A DNA stretch of 64,000 nt from Mariniblastus sp. (GTDB lineage: Bacteria > Planctomycetota > Planctomycetia > Pirellulales > Pirellulaceae): NCBI GenBank assembly GCA_011523945.1, contig WTFU01000093.1, forward strand, positions 39,385 to 103,384. The letters are read 5' to 3'. Within the stretch, counting starts at the first letter, position 1. Each line of letters starts with the position of its first letter. This document shows, piece by piece, positions 32,076 to 41,689 of this stretch. The notes under the pieces are model-generated. The model was not told the DNA's origin. It saw only the letters and a program-made list of their open reading frames with translations, and did not search any database. The position numbers and the translations under genes are program-made.

Positions 32076-32203
32076 AAATACTCCAGTAAAAAAATCGATC
32101 CACTGCCATTGATAAGTCAACCAAAATGACAGAACAAGATCATCGAGTCCATCTGAATTGCTCTCATTGTTTATTTGATGGGGTGAGCAACCCTCCGTCA
32201 ACA

Positions 32204-32971
32204 TTAGCCAGATTCAATTACTCCATTGCCGTCCGGCGGAATCGCCGGTATCCCCTCTCCTGAAAAGTGGTAACCATCCAAGCGATAAGTGTCGACTGCC
32301 AAATCGTATACTTTTTTGAGAAGTGGATAATCCGCGTAAAACCCCTCCCGCAAACGTTCAGGAATCGGCTCGTCATAAGTGGAAACATTGACGTGAGGTA
32401 ACGACGCGGAGGCTTTGCCCAACACGCGACCTAGATTATCAATGGTGGTTTGCAGATCTTCAAAAATTCCAATGTATATAAATCGTGAGCGAATCTTCTC
32501 TTCGTAATTCTCTAACGTGACATCCTGTGGCAGGTGATCAAACAACCAATAGGGGTAAGATTTCACATAACTTTCAACATCGGGGAACTGCTTACTGATA
32601 TCGACGGCTTCCCCACGAAACCAAAAACGCCCTTCACGACTACGACCTTTTGCAAAAAAATACATCGATACCGCAAGGTCAAATGGATCCCGAAGGATAG
32701 AAAAATATTGATCGAGTTCGGGATAAAAATACGGGAGCCCATACCCCCGACCATGATTAAAATGACCATGAATACAGCGAACATTTTCCAACCAATTCCC
32801 TTGGGCATCCCGTGTTTCGACCCGCGGAAGAATAATATCGCGATGTTCGTCCTGATTTAATTTGTGATACTGATCGCCAAACCAATGCCGCAATAAACGC
32901 ACAACGCTACTACCTGCACATTTAGGAATGTGAGTGTAAATCAAAGGCTTCGATGGATCGTATTGACGCAT
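32204..32971 (-). CDS. PAPS-dependent sulfotransferase (Sulfotransfer_2-like)
   Basis: 5'-PSB loop YTHIPKCAGSS and 3'-PB motif ILRDPFDLAVSMY. Confidence 0.85.
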   Translation of the reverse strand: MRQYDPSKPLIYTHIPKCAGSSVVRLLRHWFGDQYHKLNQDEHRDIILPRVETRDAQGNWLENVRCIHGHFNHGRGYGLPYFYPELDQYFSILRDPFDLAVSMYFFAKGRSREGRFWFRGEAVDISKQFPDVESYVKSYPYWLFDHLPQDVTLENYEEKIRSRFIYIGIFEDLQTTIDNLGRVLGKASASLPHVNVSTYDEPIPERLREGFYADYPLLKKVYDLAVDTYRLDGYHFSGEGIPAIPPDGNGVIESG

Positions 32972-33094
32972 GAATAAAATTCCAGTCTCAAAATCAAGCT
33001 ACTTGCCGCATTGCTTCTAACTACTGGCTCCTGACACACCAAGCTAAACAAAAACCGTTCCAAACACGCTAAAAACTAAATAACAAACAAGTCC

Positions 33095-34435
33095 CTAACG
33101 ATCGAACTTCCCATCGTCACTCGCATTTTCACCTTCGATGGGTGGCTGCGCGGGTTCAACTCCAAATCGTTTTCTAATCGCCACGACTCGATTGTGCATA
33201 TCTTCCACCCGCTCACGTGAACGGTCTAAGGAGCGCATCAGTTTCGCGATGTATTTATTTTTTTCAGCCAATTCGCAAGGCAACTGCTCTAATCGATGGA
33301 TCGCAGCGTTCAACTCGATCTTCAACCGCCGGTTTTCGCTATCTTTAAAAAAATCATGCTCAGAGTTCAGCGACTCCGAATCAGATTCACTTCCAACCAC
33401 TTCATCTCGTCCCTCTTCAGACAAAATCTTCGACGGCAGAGTGAGGGGCACTCCCGTTTCACGTGCCAAGTGACCAGCCTCGACAAGTGTCTGAATTAAT
33501 TTCACCAGTCGCGGAGTCGCTGGTGTTCGATGAGCCAATTGATCATGGACCACATAGTTTTGAAATAATAGTTTGTGATCTAGAGGATTAACTAACTCAT
33601 TTACAACCACGTCTATTTGATCTGGGCTGCTGATAGTCCAGGCAGAAGAAATATACTGGGGCGAGTTATGAAAATCCAACCACGCCGTTGGTAGCCCACG
33701 CATTGCACTTTCAAGATAAATTGTGGAGGGCGTCGTCAAAACCGCATCGACAGAGTCAAGGACACGGGACATAGGTTCCCGATCCTCTAGGGTTATATTG
33801 TCTCCAACCCCCAGTTCTGCCTCGAGCCCATCGCTTAAACGCCAAACAACTTTCAAACGTCGCTGAGCTATACATGGGTTACGCTCGCTCCAATCCTTGA
33901 CTGCTTGAATCGAACGAAGTACCGTTTCGCGCTGAGACTCATCGAAAGCAGGCGTGGTCGCTGTCGCAACGAGGAGTCGGAATTGCGAGGATGACCGAGG
34001 TTGGCCCTTAGCCGTTTCATTCACTTGGTCAAGTCGCGGCAAGCCAACCACCTCACACTTTCCAGCGTTACCCCATGATTCAACCACTCTTGCCTGAGCC
34101 GCGCCGATACAGGCAAGTTTATGCCCGAACACGGGTTGAAAAAGTGAGCCATCCACCAAGTCAGGGTGCTCCCAGGTATTTCGGTATTCGAGAATTCCAT
34201 CGGACAAGATTAAAATTGGAATTCGGTTTTCGTTTAACACCTTTCTCAAAACCGTCAATTCTTCCCAGCGATAATGCATATGAGTGATCAGGATGCCCGC
34301 ATCCGCTGGAATTGGCCAGTCCGGCAGATACTCGTCTACGACCACAACCGGGAGTGGCGACTCTGCCATCCATGAGGTGTAAATCGAACTGGTCTTTGCG
34401 AATCGACAAAGAATGTAAGCTTTCAAATTCGACAC
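33095..34435 (-). CDS. Hypothetical GT-B-like glycan-synthesis protein with a C-terminal coiled coil
   Basis: VVGLPRLD and DAVLTTPSTIYLESAMRGLP resemble TagF/Capsule_synth-type motifs. A heptad-rich segment (ENRRLKIELNAAIHRLEQ...RVEDMHNRV) lies near the C-terminus. Confidence 0.65.
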   Translation of the reverse strand: MSNLKAYILCRFAKTSSIYTSWMAESPLPVVVVDEYLPDWPIPADAGILITHMHYRWEELTVLRKVLNENRIPILILSDGILEYRNTWEHPDLVDGSLFQPVFGHKLACIGAAQARVVESWGNAGKCEVVGLPRLDQVNETAKGQPRSSSQFRLLVATATTPAFDESQRETVLRSIQAVKDWSERNPCIAQRRLKVVWRLSDGLEAELGVGDNITLEDREPMSRVLDSVDAVLTTPSTIYLESAMRGLPTAWLDFHNSPQYISSAWTISSPDQIDVVVNELVNPLDHKLLFQNYVVHDQLAHRTPATPRLVKLIQTLVEAGHLARETGVPLTLPSKILSEEGRDEVVGSESDSESLNSEHDFFKDSENRRLKIELNAAIHRLEQLPCELAEKNKYIAKLMRSLDRSRERVEDMHNRVVAIRKRFGVEPAQPPIEGENASDDGKFDR

Positions 34436-34540
34436 GACACTTCCCCTGAAAAGCTCACCACTTCAAGATACGAACGTACTCCCGCTCGCTTTTTCACTTG
34501 CCACCTATCGCTGCAAATGAACAGAATTGACTCTCCAATT

Positions 34541-35503
34541 TTAAATCGTGTGATCGACACCCGGCTCTCGAATCATCTCTAACTTGGCGGGTAATGATTT
34601 AATCCACTCACCATCCGGTTCGTAGCCCATTTTTTTGAGTTGCTCACCGGCAAAAGCATCAAACAACTCGCCATCAATCAACGTAAAATAATTTCGCCAA
34701 TCTCCAACGATTCCTTTTCTCGCCTTGGCGGTTGGTTCTTCTTGCCCCGGCGGGCGACCTGACATTTTCTCAAACGTCGAACTCGCAACACATTGCTCAA
34801 TCACTTGTTCACTACTCTCAACTCCGATACCCGCGAAGATTCTGCCTAGAGCCCCGTGCATGTCACTCTTCATCTGCTCATAGGTGACTGAAACGTCCGG
34901 TTCTACATCCGAAAAAACATCAATTGTCTCACACCAATTTTCAGCCCACTTCTTAATGACCTTGGCATCAAAAAATCTCTCTAATTTCATTCCTGGAATC
35001 GGATTAAAATAGAACTCATGCCGGTCAGTGCCTTCTGCATCTTTCAGTAGCCAGTCGAAAGTGCCGCTAGTCAAAACATCTCTACCGTCACGGACGAGGT
35101 GAATAATTTTAGACTCCGGAAATAATCGTCGAATTTCCTCTACGACTAATCCCGCTGTCCCAGGGTAGGGCGTAATCTTATCCACGATCACATTTTTCCC
35201 TGTCCGACCGCTGGCAAAATGGCACAGGAAATTCACGAACGACTTTTTAAAGTCCTCCACAAACGAGTCATAGTTTCTATTCATGAATTGATAAAAATAA
35301 TGCATGGCAAATGCGTCGGCATACTTATCAAACGTAATCCTGGGAGATGAGCTACCATCATTGTTTTGCCAGACCTCACAAAAGTTGCCGAAAAGTCGGT
35401 GTTCAGTTCCAAAAACATCTGGGTGACCATTGAGCGCAGTCGTTAACCATGTTGACCCGCTCCTCGGCGCACTGATGATAAAATGTATTTCCGGTTTATC
35501 CAT
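34541..35503 (-). CDS. PAPS-dependent sulfotransferase (Sulfotransfer_1/3-like)
   Basis: ISAPRSGSTWL, HLVRDGRDVLTS, YEQM, RKGIVGDWRNYF; overlaps the wzt stop by 8 nt. Confidence 0.9.
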   Translation of the reverse strand: MDKPEIHFIISAPRSGSTWLTTALNGHPDVFGTEHRLFGNFCEVWQNNDGSSSPRITFDKYADAFAMHYFYQFMNRNYDSFVEDFKKSFVNFLCHFASGRTGKNVIVDKITPYPGTAGLVVEEIRRLFPESKIIHLVRDGRDVLTSGTFDWLLKDAEGTDRHEFYFNPIPGMKLERFFDAKVIKKWAENWCETIDVFSDVEPDVSVTYEQMKSDMHGALGRIFAGIGVESSEQVIEQCVASSTFEKMSGRPPGQEEPTAKARKGIVGDWRNYFTLIDGELFDAFAGEQLKKMGYEPDGEWIKSLPAKLEMIREPGVDHTI

Positions 35504-36752
35504 TGATGTTCCAGCTATGTTGGAGCTTGGTTATTCCATTTATACCGTAACCGTCTGAGTTTGTTGGAGGTCCGACTATCCGGAATACTCCACGCAGTGA
35601 GCTACGATGATAGAAATCGACTTTTTCGGGTCCAAACAATGAAATATTGAAGTGATAGGCACCAATTAAAAAGGGAATTTTGGGAATTTCCAGTGTAATT
35701 ACCCGCCCAGGAGGGTCTACGTCGAATTGAATTCCCTGATACGGCGAAGAAACTGAGGTCAAAACTCCATGCACTGGCGAGCAAAGAGCAACAACCAATC
35801 GCGCATCTTTGATTGTTTCCCTCGCGTTTATCTGAATTCTTAGCCGAACCGTTTCTCCCGTTTCAAATTCAGCCTGTGGCTCCATTGCCTCATTATAAAT
35901 CTCGACGGAGCCAATCTCTCCAATGCGCCCCGGCGCCTCTTTCTTTTTTGCACGTACCCGGTCGCTCGCTCCAAGCATTTCCTCGTAAATCGTGCAACCT
36001 GTTTCCAGATCCCCATCATGGACGATCTTGCCCTGACCAAAGACGACCGAACGTGTTGCCACGCGCTGCAGCATACCAACGGCATGAGTCACCAGTACGA
36101 TCGAGACACCTTGCTTCACAAGTTCATTAAGATGTGCAAAGCACTTCATTCGAAACCCGACATCACCAACTGCTAACACTTCATCCATTAGCAATAACTC
36201 AGGACGCAAATTAGCGGCAATTGAAAATCCAAGCCGCACACGCATGCCCGAGCTATAGGTTTTGATCGGGTCATTAATGACGTGACCAAGCTCGGCGAAC
36301 TCGACAATCTTCTCCATCAGGCCGTCAACTTCTCGTTTCCGAATCCCCAGCACCGCCGCGTTGATGTAGATATTTTCCCGACCAGAGAGAATTGGGTTAA
36401 ATCCTGTTCCCAATTCAATCAAGGCTCCAATTTTCCCAGAAATTTTGATGGAACCCGAATCTGGTTTAATCAATCCGTTTATCATCTTCAGCATGGTGCT
36501 CTTACCGGCACCGTTAGGACCGATCATCGCCAAACATTCACCTCGGCGAACCTGAAAACTCGCATCACTGATGGCGAAGAATTCTCCTGAGCGAAGATTA
36601 TGATGACTGCGATCACGCCCCCCGCCCAAAATCTCACGCCCCACATCTTTGAGGCCGTACCACATTGCTCGTTTTAGATTTCTACAATAAACCTTCCAAA
36701 CATGATCTACGTCGAGAATAAGATCACTTGATGACGAATGAGGTAAATTCAT
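35496..36752 (-). CDS. wzt: Polysaccharide ABC exporter ATP-binding subunit with a C-terminal Wzt_C-like domain
   Basis: GPNGAGKST, YSSGMRVRLGFS, LLMDEVLAVGD, plus about 150 aa of Ig-like C-terminal extension. Confidence 0.9.
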   Translation of the reverse strand: MNLPHSSSSDLILDVDHVWKVYCRNLKRAMWYGLKDVGREILGGGRDRSHHNLRSGEFFAISDASFQVRRGECLAMIGPNGAGKSTMLKMINGLIKPDSGSIKISGKIGALIELGTGFNPILSGRENIYINAAVLGIRKREVDGLMEKIVEFAELGHVINDPIKTYSSGMRVRLGFSIAANLRPELLLMDEVLAVGDVGFRMKCFAHLNELVKQGVSIVLVTHAVGMLQRVATRSVVFGQGKIVHDGDLETGCTIYEEMLGASDRVRAKKKEAPGRIGEIGSVEIYNEAMEPQAEFETGETVRLRIQINARETIKDARLVVALCSPVHGVLTSVSSPYQGIQFDVDPPGRVITLEIPKIPFLIGAYHFNISLFGPEKVDFYHRSSLRGVFRIVGPPTNSDGYGINGITKLQHSWNING

Positions 36753-36762
36753 AAAATCTCCC

Positions 36763-37734
36763 TTACGCCGTCATGCGTTCAATTAAAACTGGAATCGAGA
36801 CGCGGTAGACCACTAAAGCAATCAAACAAAGGGGAATTGCCGCTGCGGCAAATCCCAATCCAATCGCAAAGTGGTTTGTTGTTCCCAGCAACAACCAATC
36901 GCGAGCGAGTAACAACAGAGGACTCGCTGGGTTTAACCAATTCAACAATGAACCAGGAAAGGTCGTCAACGGCACATAGATAATGGGAGTGATGATCATC
37001 CAAAACGGAAGCACCATGGCAATGAACCGGCCAACATCCTGATAGAGGGAGCCAATTGGCATCAGTAATAGCCCCAAGGATGCACCGATCAAAACCAAGC
37101 CCAAAATTGCTATCGGTGCAAAAAGGATACTTGTATGCACGGGTACTTGAAAAATCAGAAAGGCTGGAATCAAAAGTAGCAGACGAATCAGAAGATCAAA
37201 CAAAACTTCACCGATGCCAACGAGCAACAAAGATTCGCGAGGAAAATTGAGTTTGCTTATCAAATTTCGATTTTTGTTTATCATCGCCAATGGCATTTGA
37301 AAGGCATCGATGAATGCTTGCCAAAGTATCATTCCCGTTAAGATATAGACCGTGCCATCTACCTGCGTATCTCCCATCGAAAAAACATTCGCTTGCCGTA
37401 GAAAAATCCAAATAGCCGTATTCGCAATGGGTGGAAGAAAAGCCCAAAACAAACCGAGCAACGTCTGACGGTAGAGGCCTCGAATGTTTCGAAGAAAAAG
37501 CCGCCACGCCAACTCCCGCCCCAACCAAAAATCCGCGAAAATATCCCGCATCAACTGCCAGGGATTTCGAATCGACGAACGCGCGGAATAGGTGGTAATG
37601 CCGGTCGAAGCGTGACCAACCATTTCCAATCCATCAAAATCCATATGGGTTGCAACTTCAGGAACTCGGCGAGCCACAGTAATTGGCGTTTCACTCTTTC
37701 CAGCTGGTTTCGACTTTTCGAATTCGGTTTCCAT
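36763..37734 (-). CDS. wzm: Polysaccharide ABC exporter permease
   Basis: RGLYRQTLLGLFWAFLPP, six TM helices, ITPIIY, LNP; directly upstream of wzt. Confidence 0.88.
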   Translation of the reverse strand: METEFEKSKPAGKSETPITVARRVPEVATHMDFDGLEMVGHASTGITTYSARSSIRNPWQLMRDIFADFWLGRELAWRLFLRNIRGLYRQTLLGLFWAFLPPIANTAIWIFLRQANVFSMGDTQVDGTVYILTGMILWQAFIDAFQMPLAMINKNRNLISKLNFPRESLLLVGIGEVLFDLLIRLLLLIPAFLIFQVPVHTSILFAPIAILGLVLIGASLGLLLMPIGSLYQDVGRFIAMVLPFWMIITPIIYVPLTTFPGSLLNWLNPASPLLLLARDWLLLGTTNHFAIGLGFAAAAIPLCLIALVVYRVSIPVLIERMTA

Positions 37735-37740
37735 ATCAAC

Positions 37741-38769
37741 TCAAGCTAAACCGACACGAATTAAATCATGCAAATGAACCACGCCAACCAGCTTGCCTGA
37801 GTCGCAAACCGGCAAGATTGAGATCTCATGATTCTCCATAACCCGCAGTGCTTCTGCCGCCAGAGCGGTGCGGCCAATGGTCTTGGGCGCCTTCGACATA
37901 CGCTCAGACACAGGTTCATTCCAAAAGTTCCCCAGTGAGTCTGCCGAGCTAGAATCAATCAGTCTTCTCAAATCACCGTCCGTGACAATACCGACAATCG
38001 TCTCGGATTCGTCGACGACAAATACGGCTCCCAATCCTTTTTCCGAAATGACACCAACAGCGTCCTGAAGGGTTGCCTTCGTATTTGAAACAAGAGGAAT
38101 CGTGGAATCGACATGCATGATATCAGAAACTTTGATCAGTAATTTTCCACCGAGATTGCCGGCAGGATGGAAAATTGCAAATTGTTCCTTCGTAAATCCT
38201 CGACGATCCATCAAAGTAATTGCGAGTGCATCGCAAATTGCCATCGCAACAATGGTACTACTGGTCGGCGCTAAAGATACTGAATCAGCCTCGGACTCAA
38301 CTCCGGAATCGATGACAACATGACAACGCTTAGCAAGTGTACTGCGAAGATTGCCCGTCAGTCCAATCATTGGAATTCCAAGTCGCACCATATGTGGCAG
38401 TAGACGAATGACCTCGCGAGTTTCACCGCTATTGGAAAGGGCGAGGAACACATCTTTTTCCGTGACGACTCCAAGATCTCCATGGACCGCTTCACCTGGG
38501 TGAAGAAAAACAGCTGGCGTACCTGTACTGCAAAACGTTGCCGCTGCTTTTCTTGCAATGCACCCCATCTTACCCATGCCGGTTACGATCACTCGCCCCC
38601 GACATTGATGTAGATATTGAACGCCTTCCTCAATGGAGGTATTGACGCGTTCGGCCGTTCGCAGGATTGCAGCCGACTCTTTTTTTAATACTTCAACGAT
38701 CCGACGCACTGCGTCTGAGTCGGTGATAGAAGACTCCGTTCCTTCCGTTGTTTGGTTGTGCTGTGTCAT
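37741..38769 (-). CDS. kpsF: Arabinose-5-phosphate isomerase, KpsF/GutQ (KdsD) family
   Basis: SIS domain (VTGMGKMG, HPGEAVHGDLG, SNSGET, APTSST, FHPAGNLG) plus a CBS pair. Confidence 0.92.
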   Translation of the reverse strand: MTQHNQTTEGTESSITDSDAVRRIVEVLKKESAAILRTAERVNTSIEEGVQYLHQCRGRVIVTGMGKMGCIARKAAATFCSTGTPAVFLHPGEAVHGDLGVVTEKDVFLALSNSGETREVIRLLPHMVRLGIPMIGLTGNLRSTLAKRCHVVIDSGVESEADSVSLAPTSSTIVAMAICDALAITLMDRRGFTKEQFAIFHPAGNLGGKLLIKVSDIMHVDSTIPLVSNTKATLQDAVGVISEKGLGAVFVVDESETIVGIVTDGDLRRLIDSSSADSLGNFWNEPVSERMSKAPKTIGRTALAAEALRVMENHEISILPVCDSGKLVGVVHLHDLIRVGLA

Positions 38770-39379
38770 AGGTTCGCTCCGTCTGACATTGTATCATCTC
38801 GCTAACAAGATGACTCACATGCAATCACCACCTTCGCAAATTACCAATTTTAACGATCATTAGCTTGCCCCTATGCCCCAGCGGCTATACCCATTCATTC
38901 TTTTCAGCACAAATGGGTTATTTACAGCGGCCTGTGATCCCGCCCCATCTCCTCCACAGCGAGGTCCCGCTGCATTTCAAACTCAAAAAAACGACACGTA
39001 AAATAAAAAACACGGCCAACGTTTTGTTGTCGACCGTGCTTGAAGTGCACTCCGTGATTACATTTTAATCATCCAATCCACATATTGAGTTTTGGTCGAT
39101 TATGATTCCGCAAAATAAAGATCTGGGAATAATGCTCACGATTCTGCACGAAACTATTTTGTATTGCGACGGACCTAAACCGGAGACATCGTCTTACCGT
39201 TTTCTGTTGCCGAAAATCAATAACTACCGCAACAAGCCACCGTCCGATTGTTATTTGTCGTCACTATTCGGCTTTAAGTTAACGTCGATTTGACGTTCGT
39301 TCAAAGAAATCACGACTGGCGTCCTGCAAAGATCCAGAATCTACCAACAGTACTCACAACCGAACGACCGCAGTAATTA

Positions 39380-39847
39380 CTACCAGCGATGAAAAGCTAA
39401 GTGATCCGATTTAACAGCAACAAAAGTCCCGAGACACCGCGCTGTCACTTCACCGCGGATGCCAATCGTTCCTTCAACAACGGCTTTTCTGGCCGATGAA
39501 TCCACTACCCAAGCTTCCAGCTGCAGCTCTGTTTCAGAAGGGGTTGGTTTTTCAAAGGTCACCTCGTATTTCGCCGTGACGCAACACGGGGGCACTGCCA
39601 ATTGATTGCGATTCATAAGATGCCAAACGGCGGTCCAATTTAAATGGCAGTCCAGCAAAGTGCCAATGATGCCGCCGTTGACCATCCCTTCAAATGCCAA
39701 ATGATACGGCTGAGGCTTGTAGGTTGCGATAAGTTTATCGCCTTTGACAAAACTCTTAATCTGGAGGCCTTGTTCGTTTGCAGGACCGCACCCGAAGCAA
39801 ATCAAATTCGGAGCAAATTGATCCTGCAGACTTTTTGTTTCATCCAT
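39380..39847 (-). CDS. PaaI/hotdog-fold thioesterase
   Basis: CFGCGPANEQGL, VNGGIIGTLLDC, FEKPTP. Confidence 0.88.
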   Translation of the reverse strand: MDETKSLQDQFAPNLICFGCGPANEQGLQIKSFVKGDKLIATYKPQPYHLAFEGMVNGGIIGTLLDCHLNWTAVWHLMNRNQLAVPPCCVTAKYEVTFEKPTPSETELQLEAWVVDSSARKAVVEGTIGIRGEVTARCLGTFVAVKSDHLAFHRW

Positions 39848-39920
39848 TTAACTTGCAAACCCCACCAAATCTCTAAAAAACCAATCGCAAAACAAATCTT
39901 TTATTTGCCTGAAAGAGATA

Positions 39921-40895
39921 CTATTTCTTGCGTAACACCAAGACGGTCTGCCGAACATGATGACCGGGAAGGATTTCTTCTATCTCAAAAAACCGTCCCC
40001 ATACCTGTTGCAAATAATTATTCGAATGAAAGACTTGAGCTCGATAAGGACCGGACTGAGAAAACCGGTAAACCGTTCTCGTATCCGGTAGGGGGCCCTG
40101 CAAGGCCTCGCGAACCGTTGGGTCAATACGCAACATCGATTGAACAAGTCGATTCTTTTCATTATCGACCTCATCGCGAATTAAATCCCATGTGTCTTCA
40201 TTGTGAACCGTTATATAGGCTAGTCCGTCATCAGTCATGATGCGGCGTAACTCAGCTAACCAACAAGTTTCAAAGGTATCAATATGAGTGAAGACAGAAA
40301 AAGCAGAGATCACGTCGATTGACTTATCGGGAATCGGCAGTGTTGGAATACAATGATTAAAAATCGGTTTTACCGTATGCGGCATATTTTCATAAAGCCA
40401 GCGAACATGCCGAGCATTGATGTCACTACCCCAAATCTCAGGAATTTCCGTCTGTGCTGCATAATGGCGAATCAATCTTCCCGATGCACAGCCAAAATCT
40501 AAAACCGCTTTGGGATTTACTGAGTATTTATTAACAGCATGCATGATTTTCAGGTAATCTTCAAAACCACTAAGCCAATAGACTCCGTCAAAACCCGGTG
40601 AATAGCCTTCACGATCTTCAGCGCACGGAATTGGGTAAGTGTCCCGAGCAACATACTCGCTGATGTCTTTTGTCCCAATCAAGGATTCAATTGCGCCTAA
40701 CCGGTTGGGGGTGTCAAATGCCGAGGACTCCAACTCGCTGGGAGAATCTAAATTTTCAAAAGGCTTGGTGTCTAACGTATTGCGGGAAATATCCTCCTCC
40801 CACGCTACGGGACGACTTCCCTGGAGCCTCAGTGTAATCAATTCATTAATTTCTTCGGTAGAAAGATTCTGCTTGGATTCTTTTGATTTCAGCAT
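39921..40895 (-). CDS. Class I SAM-dependent methyltransferase
   Basis: VLDFGCASGR, WGSDIN, DVISAFSVFTH, ELRRIM. Start moved to ATG 40895. Confidence 0.9.
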   Translation of the reverse strand: MLKSKESKQNLSTEEINELITLRLQGSRPVAWEEDISRNTLDTKPFENLDSPSELESSAFDTPNRLGAIESLIGTKDISEYVARDTYPIPCAEDREGYSPGFDGVYWLSGFEDYLKIMHAVNKYSVNPKAVLDFGCASGRLIRHYAAQTEIPEIWGSDINARHVRWLYENMPHTVKPIFNHCIPTLPIPDKSIDVISAFSVFTHIDTFETCWLAELRRIMTDDGLAYITVHNEDTWDLIRDEVDNEKNRLVQSMLRIDPTVREALQGPLPDTRTVYRFSQSGPYRAQVFHSNNYLQQVWGRFFEIEEILPGHHVRQTVLVLRKK

Positions 40896-40983
40896 TTTTA
40901 AACTGCCTTGGGGCTTACGCAGATGTGAAATTTGGCATAGATGAACAACGAATCCTAGCCAATTAAACAAGCAAAATGCAACC

Positions 40984-41274
40984 TCAATCATCCACCGCAA
41001 CAAAAGGATTGGGCAATTGCCTCAATTCGTCTGAATAATTTGAACAAACCGCTCCGTCGACGCATGGACTTTGATTGCGCTGACACTCATTTTCAATAGC
41101 GCACTCTACCGATTCATCAAGCGTTGAAAACGACACCTCTCCACAACGTACGTCTATGGAATTGGGAGAACGGATACCAAGCCGAACCGAATCAGTATCC
41201 GCATTCAAAATTTCAAACTCAATACATCCGTCAATTACGAACGTCTCTCTGTTCTTTCGACTAAGCACCGGCAT
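40984..41274 (-). CDS. csrA: Divergent CsrA/RsmA-family protein
   Basis: MPVLSRKNRETFVIDGCIEFEIL...VRLGIRSPNSIDVRCGEV aligns by eye with the CsrA consensus MLVLSRK...VRLGIEAP...VHREE. 96 aa from ATG 41274. Confidence 0.7.
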   Translation of the reverse strand: MPVLSRKNRETFVIDGCIEFEILNADTDSVRLGIRSPNSIDVRCGEVSFSTLDESVECAIENECQRNQSPCVDGAVCSNYSDELRQLPNPFVAVDD

Positions 41275-41689
41275 TACATTGCTCCTGGTCTCGATCAAAC
41301 AAAAGCCATCCAACGATAGCTAAAACTCTGTTCCAAAACTCAGTCCGGAAAGTCAGGTAGACCTGACAGGGTTCTGGGAGAGAAACAACTTTCTCTAATT
41401 ACCATTTTGTCCGGGTTCTAAACCAGTATCGCAACGCCCTCGACACGTTCGGTCACCCACCCAAACGAATGATCGAAATCTGTTGTATCTCCATCGGTGT
41501 CCTTAGAATGCTAGCGGTTTGTATTAAACTTTGCGGATTTTGAGGATAACTCTGCCTCCGTTTTCGTTCTCCGGTGGGGATGTATCGGTTTTACTGAGTA
41601 GACGGTTCCGTTTGTTCCGATTGTCAGAATTGTACACCCCGGTCAAATGGGGCAGGTTTCCGCTGTTTGCGTTTCAAAGTACGGTTTTC

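Noticed and set aside
38770-39379. Small ORFs (38865..39068, 39102..39293) in a 600-nt gap
   Set aside because: AT-rich, with no SD and no protein-like motifs; more likely promoter DNA for the glycan operon.
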